DNA of 64,000 nucleotides, from contig JAANOX010000134.1 of assembly GCA_020184695.1 (NCBI GenBank), positions 186,001 to 250,000 on the forward strand, in the 5' to 3' direction. This document shows, one piece after another, positions 33,396 to 42,297 of this stretch. A program made the translations under genes and the position numbers. The number at the start of each line of letters is the position of its first letter. The stretch's first letter is position 1. The notes under the pieces are model-generated. The model did not search any database, had not been told where the DNA came from, and saw only the letters and a program-made list of their open reading frames with translations. This stretch comes from Histomonas meleagridis 2922-C6/04-290x (taxonomy: Eukaryota; Protista; Parabasalia).

Positions 33396-33830
33396 ATGGG
33401 AAAATCCAAAGCATGCGGTCGTCAGGCAGCTCGTAAGCTCCGTGTCGCACACAGAAATAACCTTTGGGCAAGCAAGAAATATAGGAAGAGGCAAAGCACA
33501 ACAATCTACAAGACACCATTAGAAGGTGTTGCTATGGCTTCAGGTATTGTTACACAAAAAGTCGCTGTTGAAGCTAAGCAACCAAACTCTGCTATCCGTA
33601 AAGCTGTTCGTGTTCAACTTAAGAAAAACAGCAAAGTCATCACAGCATTCGTTCCACGTGATGGTTCCCTTCGTTTAATTGATGATAATGACCGTGTACT
33701 TGTTGCTGGTCTTGGTCGTTCCAACCGTTCCGTTGGTGATCTTCCAGGAGTTCGTTTCCAAGTTATCAAAGTTGCCGGTTTCTCTCTTCTTGCCTTATGG
33801 CTCGGAAAGAAAGAAAAACCAAGGAGCTAA
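33396..33830 (+). CDS. RPS23: 40S ribosomal protein S23 (uS12)
   Basis: MGK...AARKLR...[29 protein letters not shown]...[12 protein letters not shown]...[14 protein letters not shown]. Confidence 0.98.
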   Translation: MGKSKACGRQAARKLRVAHRNNLWASKKYRKRQSTTIYKTPLEGVAMASGIVTQKVAVEAKQPNSAIRKAVRVQLKKNSKVITAFVPRDGSLRLIDDNDRVLVAGLGRSNRSVGDLPGVRFQVIKVAGFSLLALWLGKKEKPRS

Positions 33831-34297
33831 ATACATAATTGCAATAAATATCACATTCAGATATAATATCTGTTTGTTTAAAAATTTAAACAATCAAATT
33901 TTTTTTTTACTCATTGCAATACAATAAGATTTTTTTTAGTATAATGATTAAAAAGAACTCAATTCAGCAAATTTTCTTTAATCATTCTCTTCAAAACCAA
34001 AAAATGAATTCATCATCAAAATTTTTAACATGAATTTTAACTTTATTTTAAGTACAGAGCTATGAGCACAGATCAAATTTCGTTGTTATTTTTTATTTTG
34101 ATTATGAGCATTGAAACATTCCACAAATTCCCACATCACTCCCTTATTGAATTGAATACTTTATTACCAATGAATTATCTTAAAATTTTCTATGAGTTTA
34201 TTTGATTGTTCGGTGAACTGATTTCAATTGAATATCGGCATTTGAAAAATTGTGAAGTGAACAACTTTCTTAACGTATTCAGTTCACATACAACACA

Positions 34298-35215
34298 ATG
34301 GATATGGATATGGTTCGTCTTGGCGTAGAGCTTTCAGAGCTCGTATACCCTGGCTGTGACTTACCATTTCCATTAGAGAAAATAATGACTCTTGGAGGAG
34401 GTGCATATTTAAATCCATTTTTTGTTGCATCAAAAGATACAGAAAATTTATATATTGCAATTCGTGGTGCTGCAGAACCAAATGACTTTATGCTTTGTGC
34501 AGATTTTGAACGCGAAGATTTTGCTGGTGGTAAAGCACATAAGGGAATTCTAAAGGGAGCTCGATGGATTATTTCAAATCTTAGAAACTATATTGATTCA
34601 TGTAAAGGTAAAATTCTCTGTTGTGGACATTCTTTAGGCGGTGCAACAGCCGGAATGATATGTGCCATTTTAACCCTTGAAGAAAAAAGATCAAATGTTT
34701 TTTCCGTTTCTCTTGCTCCATTTCCAATTTTATCTGCAAATCTTGCCAACCAACTTGCTAATAATTCAGTATCATTTGTATTTAGAAATGATCTTGTTCC
34801 AAGGTTATCAGCACATAACTTAAGTCTCCTCATACATTCTTTTATTCCACCAGGGATGAATGCACAGCAAGTTGGCCTTATGATACAACCAATGCTTCAA
34901 CAGATATTTACTGGTATATTAGCCACAAATAATTTCACAACGTTCCCAACAAATCCTGTTGATCAAACTCAGATTTCTAATGTGATTAATACACTTATTA
35001 ATATTGCCGATAATGCATCAACAATCGAAGAATTTGAACTTCCAGGAAAAAGTTATTATTTGGACTTTGATGCTGATGGGCTTCCACTTTGCAAACCATA
35101 TACAGATGCGCAAAAGGCAGTAAACTTCTTGACAATATTCACAAGCATAACTGATCACTCAGGAACATTTTATGAAGATACAATATATGGAATAGATGAA
35201 CTTGAATCAAACTAA
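34298..35215 (+). CDS. Class 3 lipase
   Basis: IAIRG, AHKG, nucleophile elbow CCGHSLGGATA, DLVPRL and TDH. Confidence 0.9.
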   Translation: MDMDMVRLGVELSELVYPGCDLPFPLEKIMTLGGGAYLNPFFVASKDTENLYIAIRGAAEPNDFMLCADFEREDFAGGKAHKGILKGARWIISNLRNYIDSCKGKILCCGHSLGGATAGMICAILTLEEKRSNVFSVSLAPFPILSANLANQLANNSVSFVFRNDLVPRLSAHNLSLLIHSFIPPGMNAQQVGLMIQPMLQQIFTGILATNNFTTFPTNPVDQTQISNVINTLINIADNASTIEEFELPGKSYYLDFDADGLPLCKPYTDAQKAVNFLTIFTSITDHSGTFYEDTIYGIDELESN

Positions 35216-35855
35216 TTTTATTAAAAACGTTTTTTGTTGATATTTTTATCATTAAGATAATCTATTTTATTCGAATCAATAATAAATTTTATCACTCGTT
35301 TTTCATGATCCATTTGTCTTTTTTTGGTTACAATTCCTTAAAAGGGAAATATACATGGGCACAAGAAAAAGGAGGCAAATAAACTCAGTAAACCTAAAAA
35401 TAAAATGTTCGTGCTTGAATTTTGTTTGCTTTAATGGCCGATTTTAACAAGGTGTACTTTTATTTCAATATTTCTGTAACATGTGTTCTTTTTGCATTGT
35501 ACTTTCAAAAATTTACTTAAGTAAATCATTTATTTTTTGAATAGTTCATCAATTCTTTAGACGAATCCAAATCCGAATTTCATGTTTCATTATGAATGTA
35601 GCAAAATAAATTCAAAATAATGACCCGCTTAAATCTATTTCATTATTTATGAGATTGTTTGACAATTGGATTACTTCTAAAGTCCTTTTTTTGGAAATTG
35701 CTTGGTGATCTTTTATGTTCGTTTGAAAATTTTGAGCGTATTTTATCACATACGGTTATCTATGCAAAAAGTTTAAGCGGGATTCTGGTAACCTTTTAAG
35801 GTTAAACCTTAAAAATTCGTTCAATTTGAAGTCAAATGACAATGCTTTCAAAAAT

Positions 35856-37064
35856 ATGTTTGTTCTTCTCTTGGTTAACACTTTAAGTGTCTTGGATCTT
35901 GAACCAATCCAAATCCCAGAAGGGCTTTCTAATGTTGAATCATGCTCGATATGTAAAACTGTTATTTCAGGAATCACAAATATCATGCATAACACCCAAG
36001 TTCAAACAGCCATTGCCCAATTAGCAATCGAACTTTGTCAAAAATTCTCGAATGCTGCAGCCCAAAATCTTTGTAAGACAATTATCAGTGGCTATCTTCC
36101 TAAAGTTATCTCGTACATTTCCAATGGTATTTCCAAAGCTAACATTTGCAACAAAATCGGTCTTTGTAAGTCCATCTCGAATGATGATGAAGTTCAAATC
36201 GTCGAAATTCTACAAGGACTTAGCAAAAAAGTTCAATGTGAAATTTGTAAGACAGCTGTCAAAGGTGTCGAAGATGCTATGAGCCACTTTTCTATGCAAT
36301 ACTATGTGAAAAATATTGCAAAATCACAATGCACAGACTTAGATAGCGAATTTAAGATTAATTATTGCAATTATTTCATTAATGAAGAAGTTGGACAAAT
36401 CATGAACTGGCTTGACATTACTTCAAAACCATCAGAAGTTTGCGCCCGCTTCGGATTATGACAAGGCAAAAACATTGAATTAGATATTGATGAAGAAACG
36501 CCAGAAGTCGAAGTTCCAGAAGGCGTTCGCAATTCAGCAGATCAATGCGAAGTTTGCAAAACGACTGTCAAACTCATCGGAACAACTTTTTCCATAACTC
36601 CTAATGTCGATTTCAAGAAAGGATTACTCGCAGCATGCACAGTCATCTTTAAAGACGATTCTGCTCAAACTCAATGCAAGGAAATTGTTAACAAATATCT
36701 TCCAGTCGTAATGAGCTTTGTCGGCCAACATCTTTCAGACAAACAAATCTGCGCCAAGCTCAGATTTTGTCAAAGTAATGACGAAGACGAAGTTTTTTAT
36801 GTTGAAATTCCGGAGGGAATTGACAATGCTTCTGCGTGCTCAATCTGCAAGGATATCATTGCAGGCGTTGTCTCCATCTTGAAGAACACCAAAGTCACTT
36901 CGCAAGTCGCAAGTCTGGCAGCAAACCTATGCAAGAAGTTGCCGACAGCTGCGCAAAGCATATGCAAGTCAATCGTAAGCACTTACCTTCCAAACGTTAT
37001 CGGATGGATCGGATCTGGAATATCAACGCTGAACATTTGCAAGAAGTTAAGCATTTGCAAATAA
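35856..37064 (+). CDS. Prosaposin-like protein, four saposin-B domains, in-frame TGA at 36459-36461
   Basis: Signal peptide MFVLLLVNTLS and four C..C...C...C...C.....C domains. ORFs 35826-36461 and 36711-37064 are in the same frame, and the interval between them is open and encodes domain 3. Confidence 0.85.
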
Positions 37065-37231
37065 TAAATTTCTCGAATTGTGAACTTTATTTATGTTATT
37101 GATTTAATGACTTTGTGCTTGTTTTAAGTTGATTATGATTTTGTGATTAATTCTGATTAACTTTCAATCGTTGAATAGATATATTATTATACGTTGGTGT
37201 TATCAAAACTAAAAGTAATTTAAATTAATAC

Positions 37232-37654
37232 ATGAACAATAGAAAGGAAAAAGAAATAAACTTATTGGATTATCAAGTTAATAATATTGATGAAAGTATC
37301 AAAGATAATTATTCTTCTGGAGTTAATAAAAATACACAAAACAAATATATTAGATATGATATTAAACCAACTCAAATGTATTATAATGAAAGGATATATA
37401 ATGAAAGATCAGGAATAACTGTTGATCTTCATGGTTGTAATAAAGAAGAAACTTATGTAGTATTTAAAAACTCGATTCGGAAGGCAAGAAGAAAAAACAT
37501 TTCACACGTTAATTTTATCACTGGAAAAGGATGTCATTCTATTGGTCATATTTCAGTTCTGCGGCCATATGTTTTAAATTTATGCAAAACAAAAAATATT
37601 GAAGCGAAGATCTTACCTGAAAACAAAGGTGTAATACGTTGTAAGATTGAATAA
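37232..37654 (+). CDS. Smr-domain protein
   Basis: VDLHG...ET...FITGKGCHS...LRP.V...N.GVI. Confidence 0.85.
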   Translation: MNNRKEKEINLLDYQVNNIDESIKDNYSSGVNKNTQNKYIRYDIKPTQMYYNERIYNERSGITVDLHGCNKEETYVVFKNSIRKARRKNISHVNFITGKGCHSIGHISVLRPYVLNLCKTKNIEAKILPENKGVIRCKIE

Positions 37655-37708
37655 ATTTATTCACATCTAATTTTATATTATAACATTTATTTAAAATGAA
37701 TCAAATTA

Positions 37709-38434
37709 TTATGTTTCAAAATCCAAATTAATTTTCTTTGTTTCGATAAGTTTTTTGATCAAATAACAAATTCCAAGTGTTGCCGCATCTTGTGAAAACA
37801 AACAAATATCATCAAATGGAACAAAGTGTTGAGTAATTTGCTCATCTTCATCAACACCACCATTTCTCCCTTCAATTGTTTCAATTTCTTTTTGCGTCAT
37901 CGCTTTCTTTACAACATAAGTTGCAACAAATTCATCAAAAAATTGTGGAAACGTATGGAATGTAGGCGTTTCATTATGTACTATTTGCCCAACATCTATT
38001 AGTTCGCTTCTGTTGATACTAATTCCACATTCTTCTTTGAATTCTCTGATTGCTGTCAATTCATAATCAGTGGAATCATCAGCTAATCCAGCTGGAAATT
38101 CATATGTGAGACCGCCAAAAGCAATACGTGGTTGTTTGACTAACATTGTCATGATTTGACCTGTTTCAATACATTTGATTAATGGTACAATTGATACAGA
38201 TCCACCGGATAAAATAAATATTTCTGTTGATACTATATCATTTCTTGAGTATGTAACTTCACATTCAATAAATCCAACTCTTGGACCAGGGAAAATATCA
38301 ATTGTATTTAGTTTTAATTTTTGGATTGTGATACTTGGATCAATTGTTCTTATCCAATGTTTCAACAAGGATGACTTTAAAAGTAAATCTTTAGGGTATT
38401 CCTTGGGATATTCTATTGGAAAGTCAAATTCCAT
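37709..38434 (-). CDS. Nudix hydrolase (ADP/UDP-sugar pyrophosphatase-like)
   Basis: Nudix box EFPAGLAD...AIREFKEECG with upstream VKQPR. Confidence 0.88.
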   Translation of the reverse strand: MEFDFPIEYPKEYPKDLLLKSSLLKHWIRTIDPSITIQKLKLNTIDIFPGPRVGFIECEVTYSRNDIVSTEIFILSGGSVSIVPLIKCIETGQIMTMLVKQPRIAFGGLTYEFPAGLADDSTDYELTAIREFKEECGISINRSELIDVGQIVHNETPTFHTFPQFFDEFVATYVVKKAMTQKEIETIEGRNGGVDEDEQITQHFVPFDDICLFSQDAATLGICYLIKKLIETKKINLDFET

Positions 38435-38507
38435 TCGTTAATATCATATCACATTTCATACAAAATGAAAATTAAACATAAAAAAATTGTTTAACATTAA
38501 AAATATA

Positions 38508-39464
38508 TTAAGTAATACTTGTCTTCGAGTTGTATATTGCTTTGTTTGTTCTCCCAAGTTCACGGTTCATGATTGACTGTGAATTATAAAGATCAGCATT
38601 AAATTCTAACTTTTCCCGTTTTACAGTCGGAGATAAATCAAAAGGTATTGGTCTTTTAAGTTGAGGTATTGGCCTAGTCGGTTTGAATTTTTGGTTATGT
38701 ATTTCATCGCAAAATGTATTTTGATAATTTGTTCTGAACAAACAATTTACAGATCTTGTTTTTAGCCTAGAGCCTGCACACTGCACTGGCTTTATTGTAG
38801 TGTGGTCTGGCGTATAAATATGATCTTGTTTCAATGTTTCTTTTGTTAGCTTTCCTTCATTTATTGGATCAAGTTGCGATGTACGAGGAATTGGATTTAT
38901 TGGATACTGATTGGATTTTTTCTCTGTCCATATAAGTAATTCGTTCATAAGAGATTCAGCAGCGCCAGCACAATTTATTAATTTTTCCGCAACAGATGGT
39001 TTTAAGAGTTTTTTCATGATAAAAATAGTGTAGCTTCTCTTAGCATCTGTTTTTGGTGTTTGAGCAGGGGGTTCTTTCTTTTCTGGATTGAATACATCTT
39101 TGATTTGGCTTTTTTGAAAACGATTTGATCCAGTTTTAAGTGGTGGAGTTGGCCCAAATATTGCTTTATTGAAATCAAAAACACCTGTTGTTGTTTGAAT
39201 TACTAAATCTGCTCTTGTTGTTGGTTGAAAATTATTAACTTTTGATGTTTCATCATGTAACTCTCCTCTCAAGAGTGAGTATAGCTTATTTCTTTTTTTT
39301 GTGCTTTGAATAAGAGTCCAATCATAAATCGGCTTAATATATTCTTGACGAAAACTTTTGTTTATGAGGTCCATATCTTGCGATTGAATAGGGCGTGTCT
39401 TTTCCATTTCATTCATGTACCTTTCATTCGTTTTAAGATGGTAATCGACAGAATGAAGAGCCAT
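38508..39464 (-). CDS. Hypothetical protein
   Basis: 318-aa ORF with no recognised domain. Confidence 0.65.
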   Translation of the reverse strand: MALHSVDYHLKTNERYMNEMEKTRPIQSQDMDLINKSFRQEYIKPIYDWTLIQSTKKRNKLYSLLRGELHDETSKVNNFQPTTRADLVIQTTTGVFDFNKAIFGPTPPLKTGSNRFQKSQIKDVFNPEKKEPPAQTPKTDAKRSYTIFIMKKLLKPSVAEKLINCAGAAESLMNELLIWTEKKSNQYPINPIPRTSQLDPINEGKLTKETLKQDHIYTPDHTTIKPVQCAGSRLKTRSVNCLFRTNYQNTFCDEIHNQKFKPTRPIPQLKRPIPFDLSPTVKREKLEFNADLYNSQSIMNRELGRTNKAIYNSKTSIT

Positions 39465-39575
39465 ATTTGGCGCTTATGTTCATAACGAACAATTAACGTG
39501 CTCTCGAAATCTGATAAACGGTCGAAACTAACGTTAATAATTAACGTCAATATATTATCAAAAAGTTAATATTGA

Positions 39576-41624
39576 ATGTTGGGCGCAAAAGAAGAAAAAA
39601 TTACAAACAATATAAATGAATTGGATACACTTCTTCTGATTGAACATGTTATCTTTGATTTGAGTAAAGAGAATATAGAGCAATCTGTAAAATGTATAAT
39701 TGACCAATTTGACGAAATTCATACTTCATCTTTTAATTTACTTCTTATTCAAATGATATATTTATGTCTTTCTATAAAAATGATTGATCCTGGTATTTAT
39801 TTAAGTTTAATAAAACAAATAAAAAATTATCATATTTCTTTAAAGAAAGAAAAGAATACATCGATTTTATGGATGTTTATAATTTTTCTCCTTCGTGCCA
39901 ATGATACACAAGAACCGCAATATCTTTTTTATTATATGATAGAAAATCACATAATTAAACCAATAATTACTCAAAAGAGAAGATTTAAATCTTTTCCAAT
40001 TTTTGCACATTACAGATCAAAAGAAGAAAATGAAAAAATAAATTATGTTAAATTCATGAAACAAATCCATAACAATTATGACGAACTATCAAAAAATGAT
40101 TGGGCACTTCATAAGAAATATATTGAGGAAGGACATAATCCAAATGAAATAGCAAAAATAATTCGGCTTGATGAAATCGAAAAACTTCAAGAAATATCAT
40201 CACAAACAAATTTTAATTTCAATCAATATGTTATACCATCACTTTATGAAAAGTGTTCATTTATTAACAAAGAAAATGTTTCATTAATTGATTATGCAGC
40301 ATTTTTTTCTTCTGTTAAATGTTTTAAATATTTACTTATGAACAATGCAAACGTAAATAATACAGGCAAATATGCGATTGCAGGTGGAAATGAAGAAATT
40401 ATTCATTTATGTGAGCAAAATCATGCATCATTTGAAAATGCATATGAAACTGCTATTAAATTTCATAAAAATGAAATTTTTCATTATCTTTATGATAGTA
40501 AAATTGCTGATAATAAAGATTTGGTTAAATTAGGAAAGTTCTGTATTTTATATCATAATTATGAAATTTTTACATTTTTACATAATGAAGGAATGGAAGT
40601 TAATGATAATATTATTAATGAATCAGCAAGAACTGGAAATTTATATTTAACAAGATATTTAAGTAAAAAATACCAAATTCCAAAAAATATTTTAATTTTT
40701 TCAACAGAGTCAGGATATATAGAACTTTTTATGTATACTTTGGGGCAAAAAGGAATTGATATTAATGCTAAAGATATATATTTGTTTCCTTTGAAATTTG
40801 ATTTGATAATTTAATACTTGAAAACAATATTTGGAAATCATTTAAATTATATGAAACAGCACTTATTTATTCATCTTGGAATGGTTATACAGAAATAGTT
40901 AAATTACTTCTTGAACAAGAAGGAATTGATATTAATGCTAAAGATACTTATTTGTTATATTTAAAATTTATTTTAATTATTTTGGAATATTGCAAAATAA
41001 TATTTGGAAATTATTTTAATTATTTAATACAGCACTTATTTATGCATCTGGATATGGTCATACAGAAATCGTTAAATTACTTCTTGAACAAGAAGGAATT
41101 GATATTAATGCTAAAGATAATTTTTATTTTAACAATTTGATATTTCAGAATAATATTTGGAAATTATTTATATTATTTCGAACAGCACTTATGTATGCAT
41201 CATCAAATGGTTACACTGAAATAGCCAAATTACTTCTTGAACAAAAAGGAATTGATATTAATGATAAAGATATTTATTTGTTTTATTTAATATTTATTTT
41301 AATAATTTTATATTCCAAAATAATATTTGGAAATTATTTATATTATTTCGAACAGCACTTATGACTGCATCTTCAAAAGGTCATACAGAAATAGTTAAAT
41401 TACTTCTTGAACAAAAAGGAATTGATATTAATTCTAAAGATAATTTTTATTTTAATAATTTGATATTTCAAAATAATATTTAAAAATTATTTAAATTATT
41501 TGAAACAGCACTTATTTTGGCATCTTATTATGGTCGTACAGAAATAGTTAAATTACTTCTTGAACAAAAAGGAATTGATATCAATACTAAAGAAAAAGTT
41601 CATTTTGTTAATTTAATATTCTAA
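39576..41624 (+). CDS. DUF3447 + ankyrin-repeat gene (locus C), array interrupted by spacers
   Basis: DUF3447 ORF 39576-40814, then five exact 90-nt ankyrin blocks at 40856, 41029, 41182, 41352 and 41505. The 3' end is uncertain. Confidence 0.72.
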
Positions 41625-41660
41625 TAAATAATTTGGTAATTTCTCTAATGATCTATCATA
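40690..41660 (+). repeat. Ankyrin block / spacer array
   Basis: Spacers at 40776-40855 (80), 40946-41028 (83), 41119-41181 (63), 41272-41351 (80) and 41442-41504 (63, in-frame TAA). A spacer-like 63 nt follows at 41595-41657. Confidence 0.9.
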
Positions 41661-42046
41661 AATCTCGAAATCAAAAATATACCTGTATATTTTTTGTTTT
41701 GTTTGTTTGAGAATCGAATTAAATAGTGAAGAAGGATTCAAATGGATATTTACGAATTGTTAATTAAATATTATAATTCACAATATAACAGTGAGTATTC
41801 ATAAATTGGAAATGGAAATGTTTGCGTTTTTTGAAATACTCCGTGCAGCACATTAACTTTACTCTATTTAATCAAAAACTTAGCTCTCCCAAATATAATA
41901 AAAGGTTTTCGATCAAAATATTCACATATTATAATACCAAATCAAAAGTTTTATTTAAATTTAATTTTTAGATATGTAAATTTTCCAATATTTTATTAAA
42001 AATGCTGAATAACTTTTGAAAGTAAATATTGGTTTTTTGCGGCATT

Positions 42047-42200
42047 ACTATCATGTAAACACTTTCACTATCATATAAACACTTTCACTATCATATAAAC
42101 ACTTTCACTATCATATAAACACTTTCACTATCATATAAACACTTTCACTATCATATAAACACTTTCACTATCATATAAACACTTTCACTATCATGTAAAC
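42047..42200. repeat. 20-bp minisatellite, 7 full copies plus a partial
   Basis: (ACTTTCACTATCATATAAAC)x7 at 42061-42200. The terminal and leading copies carry a CATGTAAAC variant. Confidence 0.97.
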
Positions 42201-42297
42201 ATTTGTATGCATCGAAATAAATAGTGAAGCGGCGGATGTTAATGTTCGCAATATAAAAACAAACAAAAAAGAACGTTAAGCACAGAATCATTTAATT

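Noticed and set aside
37065-37230. SECIS element downstream of the saposin gene
   Set aside because: ATGA and later TGAT are present, but I could not form a credible helix II with an apical AA loop by eye.
40776-41504. Ankyrin spacers as ordinary GT-AG introns using the AG in ACAG|CACTT
   Set aside because: Several spacers have no GT. Where TT|GT exists it is usually the wrong phase. The AG is absent when the next block starts ACA-CCA, AAT-GCA, ACT-GCC or ACA-TCA. There is no ACTAAC branch motif.
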